From NCBI GenBank assembly GCA_949045875.1, contig CARPYP010000008.1, positions 3,747 through 67,746 on the forward strand: a stretch of 64,000 bases of DNA. Reading direction: 5' to 3'. A model generated the notes under the pieces. That model did no database searches and was not told the DNA's origin. It saw only the letters and a program-made list of their open reading frames with translations. The position numbers and the translations under genes are program-made. Each line of letters starts with the position of its first letter. Position 1 is the first letter of the stretch. Positions 1 to 8,529 of the stretch are shown piece by piece. The stretch comes from an uncultured Clostridia bacterium. Its GTDB lineage: Bacteria; Bacillota; Clostridia; TANB77; CAG-508.

Positions 1-1284
1 GTCTACTATAAAGCAACATTTGTAAATACCTTTTTCTATTAAATCTAATTTATTTCCAAGTTCTATTCTTACAAGTCCAGCTAGTTTTTGTGCTATTTTA
101 AATTCATCTGCTATGAAGAACATACTTGAATTGTTTTCTGCTCCATATTCCTTTTGTAATTTTTCTTTTATATCTTCTGTAATAAATTTTGCTATTCCTC
201 CTTGAACTAAACCTTCTTTATCTATTTTTGTCCAAGCAAGTCCCTTTGCTCCGCATTCTTCTATTGCAAATTCAGTCATTTTATCAAAGAATTTTCTTCC
301 TTGTTCTGCACCATTTGGAACTATTATTACTTTTACTGTTTTATCTTTGAATGCATTAAATTCTGTATCTTTAAATAATTTTGTTACATCTTGAATTATT
401 AATGGATTTCTTAAATCTGGTTTATCTATACCATATTTTTCCATTGCTTCTCTATATGGTATTCTTAAAAAGTGTCCTTCATCAACTTTCCAATTTGTAA
501 ATTTTTTAAATATATGTGGTACTAATTCTTCTATTACATTAAATACATCTTCTTGTGTTGCAAATGCCATTTCAAAGTCTAATTGATAAAATTCTCCTGG
601 TGCTCTATCTGCACGTGGGTCTTCATCTCTAAAACATGGTGCTATTTGAAAGTATTTATTAAATCCAGATACCATTAATAATTGCTTGAATTGTTGTGGT
701 GCTTGTGGTAATGCATAGAACTCTCCTGGATTTATTCTACTTGGTACTAAATAGTCTCTTGCTCCTTCTGGTGATGAGTTTGCTAAAATTGGAGTTTGGA
801 TTTCATAAAATCCCATTTCATCCATTTTATCTCTTAATGCTTTTAAAACTTTAGAACGTAATAAAATACTTTTATGTAATTTTTCATTTCTTAAGTCTAA
901 AAATCTATATTCTAATCTTAAGTCTTCTCTTACTTCTTGGTCTGTATTAATTTCAAATGGTAATATATTTTTGCATTTTCCTAAAACTTCTATTTTACTT
1001 GCTACTATTTCTATATCTCCTGTTGACATTTTAGGATTTTTACTTGTTCTTTCTACTACTTTTCCTTCTACACTTATACAACTTTCTGTTGTATATTCTT
1101 TTGCTATTTCTTGCATTTTTTCATCATTTATTACTATTTGTGTAATTCCTTCTTCATCTCTTAAATCTATAAATATCATTCCACCTAAATTTCTTATTTT
1201 TTGAATCCATCCTGCTAATTTTACGTCTTGCCCTATATGTTCTTTTCTTAGTTCTTCACAATTTTTTGTTCTATATTCATTCAT
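1..1284 (-). CDS. aspS: aspartate--tRNA ligase, N-terminal 428 codons (3' end runs off the window start)
   Basis: Own minus-strand translation from ATG at 1284: MNEYRTKNCEELRKEHIGQDVKLAGWIQKIRNLGGMIFIDLRDEEG...FYALPQAPQQFKQLLMVSGFNKYFQIAPCFRDEDPRADRAPGEFYQLDFEMAF. This matches the AspRS OB-fold plus class II motifs. The frame is open to position 1, and it is absent from the ORF track because no stop lies in the window. Confidence 0.9.
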   Translation of the reverse strand, partial: MNEYRTKNCEELRKEHIGQDVKLAGWIQKIRNLGGMIFIDLRDEEGITQIVINDEKMQEIAKEYTTESCISVEGKVVERTSKNPKMSTGDIEIVASKIEVLGKCKNILPFEINTDQEVREDLRLEYRFLDLRNEKLHKSILLRSKVLKALRDKMDEMGFYEIQTPILANSSPEGARDYLVPSRINPGEFYALPQAPQQFKQLLMVSGFNKYFQIAPCFRDEDPRADRAPGEFYQLDFEMAFATQEDVFNVIEELVPHIFKKFTNWKVDEGHFLRIPYREAMEKYGIDKPDLRNPLIIQDVTKLFKDTEFNAFKDKTVKVIIVPNGAEQGRKFFDKMTEFAIEECGAKGLAWTKIDKEGLVQGGIAKFITEDIKEKLQKEYGAENNSSMFFIADEFKIAQKLAGLVRIELGNKLDLIEKGIYKCCFIVD

Positions 1285-1440
1285 GCTATTTCATTCCCTT
1301 TCTCTGTTTTATGTGTATTATTTTATAATATTTATTTATAAAAATCAAGTATTTAAAATCACAAAAAGTGACTTTATTACACATACGAGTAATAATGCCC
1401 TTACGTTTCCACTTTATTCCTTAATTTAATAATAGATTTT

Positions 1441-1491
1441 ATATGAAAAATTAAAAGCATAAAGATAAGACAATAGTTTCTATCTTTATGC
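1441..1491 (-). terminator. rho-independent terminator downstream of mltG
   Basis: 11-bp stem GCATAAAGATA/TATCTTTATGC (1457-1467 / 1481-1491), followed on the minus strand by TTTTAATTTTT. Confidence 0.6.
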
Positions 1492-1511
1492 CTATTATTT
1501 ATAAACTCTAA

Positions 1512-2594
1512 TTAAAATTGTATCCATAATCCTGAGTCTTTTAATTCATTTACTTTTTCTAAATGTTCATCATATGTTCTTGTAAAATATACTGTTCCAT
1601 TTTTGTCTGCTACAAAGTATATATAATTATTTTCATTTGGATTAATTGCTGCTTCTATTGAGGCTATACTTACCATTGAGATTGGTCCAACTGGTAATTT
1701 TCCTGTCATGTTTGGTCCTCTAGTATTATATGGATTATACTTGTTTATTTCTGATGAGTATAAATCTCTAGTGCCCATTTCTATTTTAAATGCATAATAT
1801 GTTGTTACATCACTTTGAATTGCCATATTTTCTTTTAGTCTATTATAAATTACACCTGCAATATCTTTTCTGTCTTTATCAAATACTGCTTCATTTTCAA
1901 TTATTGCAGCAGTAGATAAAATTTTATGTATCGAATATTTTGATTTTTCAATATTTTCCTTATATGTACTTAATTTTTTATCCATTTCATTTAATAATGT
2001 TTCAAATATTTTTTCTACTTTTATATCTTTATTTTCAAATTGATATGTATCTGGAAATAAATATCCTTCTAAAGGATAATATATGTCTTCATTTTTTATA
2101 TCATCTGTTAAGAACCAGTATTTTTCAATTAATGAATTTATATATTCTTTATCTTCTAATAGTGCATATACATCTTCTTCACTATTATTTGTATTTTCTG
2201 CAATTTTATTTGCAACCCATCTCATGTTTTTTCCTTCTACAAATGTTATTGATATAGTATCTTTTCCATTAACTTTTCCTGTCTGTAAAATTTCTGCAAT
2301 TTCTTTTACTGATAAATTTTTTGTTAAATTATATGTACCTGCTTGAAAATTAGATATTTTATTTAATTTTACATATATTTTAAATGCTATTTCATTTTTT
2401 ATTAATCCTTCATTTTTTAGTTTCTTTGCAATGGTAGATGAGCCTGATCCCATTGGTATCTCAAGATTATATGATGTTATATCGTCTTTATTTACTGGAC
2501 CTAAACTTATATTGTACCATGCAAATGCTGAACCTATTACTATTATAATTATTGCTACTATTATTGATAATATTATTATTACTTTTTTTGCCAT
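1512..2594 (-). CDS. mltG: endolytic transglycosylase MltG (YceG family)
   Basis: 360 aa with an N-terminal TM helix and the YceG-like C-terminal core (YNPYNTRGPNMTGKLPVGPISMVSIASIEAAINP...YFVADKNGTVYFTRTYDEH). RBS AAGGAGA lies upstream. Confidence 0.9.
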   Translation of the reverse strand: MAKKVIIILSIIVAIIIIVIGSAFAWYNISLGPVNKDDITSYNLEIPMGSGSSTIAKKLKNEGLIKNEIAFKIYVKLNKISNFQAGTYNLTKNLSVKEIAEILQTGKVNGKDTISITFVEGKNMRWVANKIAENTNNSEEDVYALLEDKEYINSLIEKYWFLTDDIKNEDIYYPLEGYLFPDTYQFENKDIKVEKIFETLLNEMDKKLSTYKENIEKSKYSIHKILSTAAIIENEAVFDKDRKDIAGVIYNRLKENMAIQSDVTTYYAFKIEMGTRDLYSSEINKYNPYNTRGPNMTGKLPVGPISMVSIASIEAAINPNENNYIYFVADKNGTVYFTRTYDEHLEKVNELKDSGLWIQF

Positions 2595-2821
2595 TTTTAT
2601 TTCTCCTTATTATTCATTAACTATTTTTATTGATGATTATTAAATCCATACTTTTCGAGCAAATGTCATAGTTCTCTACAACTTTTTCTCTTAATGATTG
2701 ATACAAATATGAATCAATTTATATATAGATTAACAAACAATTTAATAAAAATCAAGTAATTTTCCAAAAAAACCTTTACGAATTTTCGTTCTTTTTGTAT
2801 TGATTTATTGTAAATTGTATG

Positions 2822-2992
2822 TTATTCTTGTGCATTTATAACAGAATTATATGCATCACAATGAATTGTTTGGTTGCTTTCTTCAATACCATTAATAATA
2901 TTTTCTGTTTCTTTAATGATATTAGGTTTTATCATATCATCAACTTTGTTCATTTCCTTTTCTGATATAATCTCTGCCTTCACTCCAAACAT
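2822..2992 (-). CDS. possible 56-aa hypothetical protein (weak)
   Basis: Own translation: MFGVKAEIISEKEMNKVDDMIKPNIIKETENIINGIEESNQTIHCDAYNSVINAQE. Non-repetitive composition, but no clear RBS. Below the ORF-track length cutoff. Confidence 0.25.
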   Translation of the reverse strand: MFGVKAEIISEKEMNKVDDMIKPNIIKETENIINGIEESNQTIHCDAYNSVINAQE

Positions 2993-3077
2993 TTCTACTG
3001 ATTTTATATCTTTATATCACACTTACGCCAAAAAATCTAGTATTATATTTACTTTACGAACTTTTGTTTTTAATCTA

Positions 3078-3106
3078 TTGACTTCTATTCGTAAAACTAA
3101 TATAAT
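3078..3106 (+). promoter_or_regulatory. sigmaA-type promoter for the MazF-like gene
   Basis: TTGACT (3078-3083), 17-nt spacer, TATAAT (3101-3106), 28 nt upstream of the ATG at 3134. Confidence 0.5.
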
Positions 3107-3133
3107 ATTGTTCAAAGGATGTGACTATTTTTC

Positions 3134-3727
3134 ATGGATATAAACAAAAATATAATTAACTTAGTAAAAAGAAATGATGTAAAGTTTAAAAATATAAAAT
3201 TTATGCAAGACGAAAAACTTAAAAAGGAATTCTTTACATCTTTAAAAAATTATGAGTTTAAATTGACCGAACAATCTGCTTATGAAATAGCATTATGGAT
3301 AGAATCAAACGAAAAGCATTTATCTGCATCTCAACAAAACAACTTTACTAAATATAATTTAGGAGAAATTCTCTTAGTTGATTTAGGTTGGAATAATTAT
3401 GATATAGAATTCGCTTATATCCACCCTGCTATTGTTATAAAAGAAACCTATACTAAAATATTTATAGTTCCATGTTCAAGTAGTACACCTAGAAAAGATA
3501 AAAAGGGAAATATCTATCCTGAATTTGAAGTTGGAACACCTAATGATGGTTTTCAAAGGAATACCATAGTTATGTTATATGAAGCTAAGTACATTGACAA
3601 AAATAGAGTAATTTCAAAGCTTGGAAAAACTTCTAATCAGTTCTTTGACAAAATCTATAATAAGTTATTTGAGCAAATATTTGAACCTATACATTATAAA
3701 ACGGAGAAACTCATAAATAATCAATAA
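3134..3727 (+). CDS. long-form MazF/PemK-like toxin-fold protein with a ~75-aa N-terminal extension
   Basis: LGEILLVDLGWNNYDIEFAYIHPAIVIKE...IFIVPCSSSTPRKDKKG matches the MazF/PemK strand pattern (xDIxxVDL...RPxVVx...VxPxTS). No adjacent antitoxin ORF. Confidence 0.6.
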   Translation: MDINKNIINLVKRNDVKFKNIKFMQDEKLKKEFFTSLKNYEFKLTEQSAYEIALWIESNEKHLSASQQNNFTKYNLGEILLVDLGWNNYDIEFAYIHPAIVIKETYTKIFIVPCSSSTPRKDKKGNIYPEFEVGTPNDGFQRNTIVMLYEAKYIDKNRVISKLGKTSNQFFDKIYNKLFEQIFEPIHYKTEKLINNQ

Positions 3728-3780
3728 TATTCTTAATTTTGCATATAATACTAATATAAATATAAAATTTTATATTTTCA

Positions 3781-3809
3781 TTGACTTATCGTAACGAAAA
3801 TGCTATAAT
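3781..3809 (+). promoter_or_regulatory. orphan sigmaA-type promoter
   Basis: TTGACT (3781-3786), 17-nt spacer, TATAAT (3804-3809). No ORF follows. Confidence 0.5.
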
Positions 3810-3815
3810 AATTAT

Positions 3816-3916
3816 AGATATTTGGGGCGGTATGCCGATGCCATAGGTTTTAATCCTATGATGAAAAGTAAAATAGCTTAATACTTGATGACAAGTGTTA
3901 AGCTATTATTTTTTGT
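3816..3916 (+). ncRNA. candidate ~100-nt small RNA (sRNA-1), function unknown
   Basis: Bounded by the consensus promoter at 3781-3809 and a terminator (AGCTTAATACTTG/CAAGTGTTAAGCT at 3875-3904 plus a T-run to 3916). Internal hairpin CATAGG-N7-CCTATG. No plausible ORF. Confidence 0.4.
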
Positions 3917-4119
3917 TTAAAATTTTTGTCAATATCTTACATATTTTCTAATGTAATAAAAAACTTTTCTAATGTAATTCTAATGTTTGTAGAAAGAATT
4001 TCTAGAAATTATTCAAAATTGTATAAAAGTAAAAAATGGAAAGCTCTTTTGGCTAAAGGCTTTCGACATCTAAAAAAACTCTTGTAAATTTGTAAAAATT
4101 GCAAAGAATTTTTGATTTA

Positions 4120-4195
4120 TGGAGCTTGCAACGGGAATTGAACCCGTGACCTCAGCCTTACCAAGGCTGCACTCTACCTACTGAGCTATGCAAGC
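4120..4195 (-). tRNA. tRNA-Thr (anticodon GGU)
   Basis: The reverse complement GCTTGCATAGCTCAGTAGGTAGAGTGCAGCCTTGGTAAGGCTGAGGTCACGGGTTCAATTCCCGTTGCAAGCTCCA folds as a cloverleaf. Anticodon loop is TTGGTAA, T-loop TTCAATT, and CCA is encoded. Confidence 0.9.
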
Positions 4196-4452
4196 ATATC
4201 ATGGCTTTTCAGGCTATTTCAATTAATTTGCACACTTTTTTGTTTTATAGTGTATCCATTTTATCCACTTTTTCTGATGTTTTCCATTCTAAAAGTTGTC
4301 AAAAGTGTGTCGGAATATTTTATACAATTATTAATAAATTACCCATTTACTACTTACTAATTATAAATTTTAATTTTATAATTGTCAATTAAAATTTTAA
4401 TTTTTATATTCAATTTTCATTAATCTTTTTATCCTCTATACTGTAAATATTG

Positions 4453-4479
4453 GAAAAGCACTTATTTTTCATAAGTGCT
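4453..4479 (-). terminator. rho-independent terminator downstream of sigH
   Basis: Stem AGCACTTAT/ATAAGTGCT (4457-4465 / 4471-4479), followed on the minus strand by TTTT. Confidence 0.6.
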
Positions 4480-4513
4480 CCAGACTACATAATATAGTAA
4501 TTTATGTAGATTT

Positions 4514-5176
4514 TTATACGTTTTCCTCTACATCTATAATATTTTTTATAGCTTTTTTTCTAATTCTTTGAATAGCATTATCAACAGATTTTGCTTGTGT
4601 GTCTAGCTTGGTGGCAATCTGTTCATAACTTTGTCCATTTATAAATCCTTTCAAAACTTGTTTTTCAAATTCACTAAGGGATTTATCTATTGTGTTTTCA
4701 ATGTCTTTATAATATTCTTTTTTAGTTATTGTTTCTAATGGATCTTCTATAAGATTTGCATTAAATATATCCATTAAGTCTTTCCCTTCTTCATCTTCTT
4801 CTCCTGCTGAAGAGTTTAATGATAAGTAACCATTAAGAGGCATATGCTTTTGCCTATTTGATGTTTTTATTGCTGTTATCATTTGACGCTCAACACACAT
4901 ATTGGCAAAAGACTTGAATGATGATTGTTTTTCACATTCAAAATTTTGTATGGCTTTATATAACCCAATCATTCCTTCTTGAATCATGTCTTCTCTTTCT
5001 GCTCCTATTATAAAGTATTTCCCCACTTTCATGTTTACTAGTTCTTTATATTTATCTAATAAAAATTCTAGAGCCTCTTTATTATTATCATCTTTTATGA
5101 GCTTTACTATTTGTTCATCACTTATTTCTTTGAGATTATTTATATCTGGTAAAAAAAATTTTGTTGTACTCTCCAT
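4514..5176 (-). CDS. sigH: RNA polymerase sporulation sigma factor SigH
   Basis: EDMIQEGMIGLYKAIQNFECEKQSSFKSFANMCVERQMITAIKTSNRQKHMPLN is the SigH/Spo0H signature. Start moved to the ATG at 5176 because AGGAGG lies 8 nt upstream; the track start at 5242 has no RBS. Confidence 0.85.
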   Translation of the reverse strand: MESTTKFFLPDINNLKEISDEQIVKLIKDDNNKEALEFLLDKYKELVNMKVGKYFIIGAEREDMIQEGMIGLYKAIQNFECEKQSSFKSFANMCVERQMITAIKTSNRQKHMPLNGYLSLNSSAGEEDEEGKDLMDIFNANLIEDPLETITKKEYYKDIENTIDKSLSEFEKQVLKGFINGQSYEQIATKLDTQAKSVDNAIQRIRKKAIKNIIDVEENV

Positions 5177-5397
5177 ATGTTTTTTCCTCCTGCTGTTGTT
5201 GTCCTTTGAAAGTATTATATTCGTAAAAGTCTTTGGTGTCAATAGATTTACGACAAATTTATTGAAATTTTGTTAATGTTTAGAATATATTTTTATATAT
5301 TTTTTTTATCTCTTACTCATTTTTCGTTTTTTTTTGAAAAAGACTTGACAAATTAAATTAAATTGTTTAAAATTATATATGCACTGTTAAAAAAAAT

Positions 5398-5475
5398 GGT
5401 GGATGTAGCGTAGTTGGTTAACGCGCCAGTTTGTGGCACTGGAGACCATGGGTTCGAATCCCATCTTCCACCCCA
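5398..5475 (+). tRNA. tRNA-His (anticodon GUG)
   Basis: GGTGGATGTAGCGTAGTTGGTTAACGCGCCAGTTTGTGGCACTGGAGACCATGGGTTCGAATCCCATCTTCCACCCCA. It has the extra 5' G-1 typical of tRNA-His, anticodon loop TTGTGGC and T-loop TTCGAAT. Confidence 0.9.
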
Positions 5476-5505
5476 TTTATAAAGTTCTAACTATTTTGTT
5501 TATAT

Positions 5506-5580
5506 TGGGCTGTAGCCAAGCGGTAAGGCACATGACTTTGACTCATGCATGCGCTAGTTCGAATCTAGCCAGCCCAACCA
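5506..5580 (+). tRNA. tRNA-Gln (anticodon UUG)
   Basis: TGGGCTGTAGCCAAGCGGTAAGGCACATGACTTTGACTCATGCATGCGCTAGTTCGAATCTAGCCAGCCCAACCA. Anticodon loop is CTTTGAC, and CCA is encoded. Confidence 0.9.
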
Positions 5581-5622
5581 ACGACGTATCTGTTCGAACC
5601 AATAGAACAGACGATACAAATA

Positions 5623-5648
5623 TCATTCTGAAAAGAATGGTATTTTTT
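5623..5648 (+). terminator. terminator after the tRNA-His/tRNA-Gln unit
   Basis: CATTCT-GAAA-AGAATG hairpin (5624-5639) followed by TATTTTTT. Confidence 0.55.
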
Positions 5649-5668
5649 ATTTGAGGAAATTTATTGCC

Positions 5669-5715
5669 TCGCATAGCCCTCGAGTTGTGTTAATAGGACA
5701 CAACTCATAGGGGGT
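5669..5715 (+). repeat. Rep-E family copy (variant loop)
   Basis: TCGCATAGCCCTCGAG...CTCATAGGGGG. It has the same entry motif (TCGCTAGCCCTTGAG) and closing stem as copies 7302-7363 and 60761-60822; the loop is replaced by the hairpin TTGTGT-TAATAGG-ACACAA. Confidence 0.45.
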
Positions 5716-5846
5716 TAGGACTTGTGTCAAAGCCAAAGTCCTTTGCTACTAAGAAAAAAAATAAACTAAAAAAATAAATGAAAAATCTAAAAAAACAGAA
5801 ATTATTTACCTCCTAACAAATTGGTGTTAAGGTTATTATCAGAAAA

Positions 5847-6032
5847 TTACTTTAAGCTTGCAATTAATTCATCATAATCCTCTGATAATGGCATTCCGAT
5901 AAATCTCTTGTACTCTTGCATTTCTCCTTCAGTTCTATCATCATCATAAACATCATAGAAAGAATTGATTTTACCTCCTGCGTTTACTATTCTTTGTTGT
6001 TCACTTGATAAATCTAATCTTTTTGCTTCCAT
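5847..6032 (-). CDS. 61-aa hypothetical protein
   Basis: Strong RBS (AAGGAGGATAATAGT-ATG). Acidic, non-repetitive sequence MEAKRLDLSSEQQRIVNAGGKINSFYDVYDDDRTEGEMQEYKRFIGMPLSEDYDELIASLK. Same strand as, and downstream of, the second MazF-like gene. Confidence 0.55.
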   Translation of the reverse strand: MEAKRLDLSSEQQRIVNAGGKINSFYDVYDDDRTEGEMQEYKRFIGMPLSEDYDELIASLK

Positions 6033-6320
6033 ACTATTATCCTCCTTAATATTTACAATATTGAGTTACATTTAGTTCATTGTGTTCTTTTGTCAGATTT
6101 GTACTAAAATCTATAAATTTCATATTCATTTCTGACTGAATATTTGGAAAATCAAATGATAGCGTTGAATAAAATCGTTTATCAATAGTAACTTTCTTAA
6201 TTATGTATTCGTTAGTAACTTTATTCCTTTTCTTGAAAAAGTACTTTTTAATTTGGTAAAAACCAAATATAATACAAATAATAAATATAATACTTGATAA
6301 TATTGATATAATAATTATTT

Positions 6321-6827
6321 TTATTTAGATTTATATTTTAATTCTTGAATAGCTTTATCTATTAAATTTATTTGTTCGGTACTTACTTCAGGATTAGAAT
6401 ACAGACCAGTTTTTAAGTTTAAGTTATTATAATATTTCCCCTCATATTTTTTAGTTTGTATTCTAAGTTTACTAATTGCTCTTAGTTGATCAATTTTACA
6501 ATATGAAAAGCCTTCAAAATTTTCTATTTTTCCAATGTCAATAATAACATCAGATTCGTTTTGCTTACTTGTTAATGGGGCAACTAGTACTGTACCAACA
6601 TTTGGTCTTGAATATAGAACAACTGCTGGATGTGAATGATTTAATTCTTGACCAATATTAACTCCAAAATCTACCCATACTACTTGTTTTCTAGTTACAT
6701 ATGGTACATAGTTTAATTGTTCATTTTTATTAACTTTATTTAGTTTATATATTTGTTCAACAAACCATTTTTCTAATTCTTGTCGTTGATTATTATTTAA
6801 TTTATTTAATTCATCATTTATGTTCAA
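6321..6827 (-). CDS. second long-form MazF/PemK-like toxin-fold protein
   Basis: RKQVVWVDFGVNIGQELNHSHPAVVLYSRPNVGTVLVAPLTSKQNESD matches the MazF/PemK core. Start placed at TTG 6827 (AGGAGG plus 7 nt); the track ATG at 6881 lacks an RBS. Confidence 0.6.
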   Translation of the reverse strand: MNINDELNKLNNNQRQELEKWFVEQIYKLNKVNKNEQLNYVPYVTRKQVVWVDFGVNIGQELNHSHPAVVLYSRPNVGTVLVAPLTSKQNESDVIIDIGKIENFEGFSYCKIDQLRAISKLRIQTKKYEGKYYNNLNLKTGLYSNPEVSTEQINLIDKAIQELKYKSK

Positions 6828-7005
6828 AATTTGTGCCTCCTTAATGTAAAATTCAAATAAATAATAGCATAAAATAAGCAAAATTTCTACATAAATATAA
6901 TTATTTTTTACTTTCTATTTTAAGAAAATTTATAAAAAATACAACTTTTTTTATAGAGAATACAAAAAAAAATTAAATAAAATACAAATTTTTTTACATA
7001 TTTTA

Positions 7006-7034
7006 TTGATTTTTTTAAATAATTTGAGTATAAT
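7006..7034 (+). promoter_or_regulatory. orphan sigmaA-type promoter, divergent from the MazF-like gene
   Basis: TTGATT (7006-7011), 17-nt spacer, TATAAT (7029-7034). Confidence 0.5.
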
Positions 7035-7040
7035 AATATT

Positions 7041-7162
7041 AACAGAAGCAATTCTGTTACGAGTTGAAATACACTCAATTTAAGAAGACATTTAGACCTG
7101 AAAGACGGTCAAGTTGATTTACAAATAACCTTTAGAATTAGTCTAAAGGTTATTTGCTTTTT
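7041..7162 (+). ncRNA. candidate ~120-nt small RNA (sRNA-2), function unknown
   Basis: Bounded by the promoter at 7006-7034 and a terminator (AAATAACCTTTAGA/TCTAAAGGTTATTT at 7123-7155 plus a T-run). Internal hairpins are AACAGA..TCTGTT, GAGT..ACTC and GACC..GGTC. No ORF. Confidence 0.4.
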
Positions 7163-7276
7163 AAAAAATATCTATTTCAAATTTATATCTTCTAAAAATT
7201 CAATTAAGTTGTAAATAACTACGTTGTTCGAACCAATAAAAAATCATAGTAAAAACTATGATTTTTTTATATAATA

Positions 7277-7304
7277 GGAAAGTGATACTTTCCTATTATA
7301 TAAA
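7277..7304 (+). repeat. Rep-D family copy
   Basis: GGAAAGT-GAT-ACTTTCC hairpin followed by TATTATATAAA. Related to copies at 8681, 14515 and 16211. Confidence 0.5.
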
Positions 7305-7363
7305 GGCTATAATCGCTAGCCCTTGAGATTTTCTCCTTACAGTCGAAAACTCAATCGGGCGAG
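7302..7363 (+). repeat. Rep-E family copy
   Basis: AAAGGCTATAATCGCTAGCCCTTGAGATTTTCTCCTTACAGTCGAAAACTCAATCGGGCGAG aligns base-for-base with 60761-60822. Stem changes are compensatory. Confidence 0.6.
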
Positions 7364-7449
7364 AACAAATTAAAGAAAAATCTTTGATTTTTCTTATTTT
7401 TTATTTTTTGTGAAAATTATATATTATAATTTCTATCTCATTTTATTTT

Positions 7450-7836
7450 CTAAAATATATTTTTAAAACTTAAACTATACTTATCTTCAATATGTTCTAA
7501 TATATAATCGCATTTATCTAATTCCCCTATTGCTTGACTATATTCATCTGAATTTACATTACTATCTATTCCTACTATATATAAATGTACTTTTTCTAAT
7601 TCGTCATGTTCTATATAATATGCTAATTTTTCATATCTTTGTTCCCAATTGTTTTTTAAATTCATTATTTTTTCATTTACTAAGCTTATATCTTTTTCTT
7701 GCTCTATATCTTCTTTGATTTTACTTAATTCAACTTTTAAACTCTGTACACTTTCTTTTGTATAGTTTATTGTTATTATATTCAATATTACTACTGCAAT
7801 TATTATTACAAAACAAATTATTATTTCTTTTTTCAT
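7450..7836 (-). CDS. DUF4363 family membrane protein
   Basis: 128 aa with an N-terminal TM helix and a coiled region, then YIEHDELEKV...ELDKCDYILEHIEDKY. Typical partner immediately downstream of a DUF421 gene in Clostridia. Confidence 0.65.
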   Translation of the reverse strand: MKKEIIICFVIIIAVVILNIITINYTKESVQSLKVELSKIKEDIEQEKDISLVNEKIMNLKNNWEQRYEKLAYYIEHDELEKVHLYIVGIDSNVNSDEYSQAIGELDKCDYILEHIEDKYSLSFKNIF

Positions 7837-7854
7837 TTGAACATTTTTCCTCCT

Positions 7855-8529
7855 TTATTTTTTGTCTTTCTTCTGACAGAATATTTGTCCTTTTCCATCT
7901 AACGTTACTATTAATGCTTCTTCTGGATTAAATCCGAATTTTTGAACTGCTTTTTTTAGCCATTCATAATTTCTACCTATTTTTTGTAAATTTTCTCTCA
8001 TTATTACTCCATCTATAACTAAATCATATGATATTCCTTCGTAGTCTGGCATTATATTAAAGTCCTCTGGTATTGTGTTTCTTTTATTTGGTTTTTGTAT
8101 TACTGTTAATTGTCCACTGGTTTCTAATATAGCATATTCTACATCTCCAATATTATTTATATTATTTCCTCTTAGTCTTTCTTCTAATTCATTTATGGTA
8201 AATCTCTCTTTTTTTAATGCCTTTTCGTCTATCTTTCCTCTATATATAAGTATTGTAGGTTTTCCACATACAATTTCTCTCATTCTTATGCTTTTCATAT
8301 TTATCATGGATATTATTAAATGCATTATTAATAATGCTAAAATAGGAATAATTCCATTCCATATTGGAATTCCCGCTTCTGTCATTGGTATTGATGCTAA
8401 GTCTGCTATCATAATTGCTATTACTAGTTCAAATGGTTGTAATTGACCTATTTCTCTTTTTCCCATTAATCTCATTACAATTAAAATAATTATATATAAA
8501 ATAATTGACCTAATAAATGTAATTAACAT
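7855..8529 (-). CDS. DUF421 (YetF/YdfS-like) membrane protein
   Basis: MLITFIRSIILYIIILIVMRLMGKREIGQLQPFELVIAIMIADLA is the conserved DUF421 N-terminus. 224 aa. Confidence 0.8.
   Translation of the reverse strand: MLITFIRSIILYIIILIVMRLMGKREIGQLQPFELVIAIMIADLASIPMTEAGIPIWNGIIPILALLIMHLIISMINMKSIRMREIVCGKPTILIYRGKIDEKALKKERFTINELEERLRGNNINNIGDVEYAILETSGQLTVIQKPNKRNTIPEDFNIMPDYEGISYDLVIDGVIMRENLQKIGRNYEWLKKAVQKFGFNPEEALIVTLDGKGQIFCQKKDKK

Noticed and set aside
1285-1511. Possible T-box leader upstream of aspS
   Set aside because: The region contains the mltG terminator and a plausible TTGATT-17-TAAAAT promoter close to the start codon. No T-box sequence or antiterminator/terminator pair was found.
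2595-3133. ToxI/CptI-like tandem RNA repeats upstream of the first MazF-like gene
   Set aside because: Only one loose duplication was found (CTTTACGAA..TTT.GTT.TTT at 2774 and 3053), which looks like a duplicated promoter-proximal segment. There is no tandem array of 30-50-nt units.
3944-3986. Direct repeats TTTTCTAATGTAAT (3944, 3965) plus a partial third copy (3978), considered as iterons or binding sites near tRNA-Thr
   Set aside because: They are short, AT-rich and irregularly spaced (21 then 13 nt), which is compatible with chance or slippage. There is no associated replication or regulatory gene.
6046-6324. 92-codon open frame between the second MazF-like gene and the 61-aa gene, with a TM-like N-terminus (IIIISILSSIIFIICIIFGFYQIKKYFF...)
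   Set aside because: No ATG/GTG/TTG start until the last 27 codons, and no RBS. A stop-free run of this length is expected a few times by chance in a 64-kb AT-rich window. It is kept in mind only because it ends 14 nt before the next gene's start.
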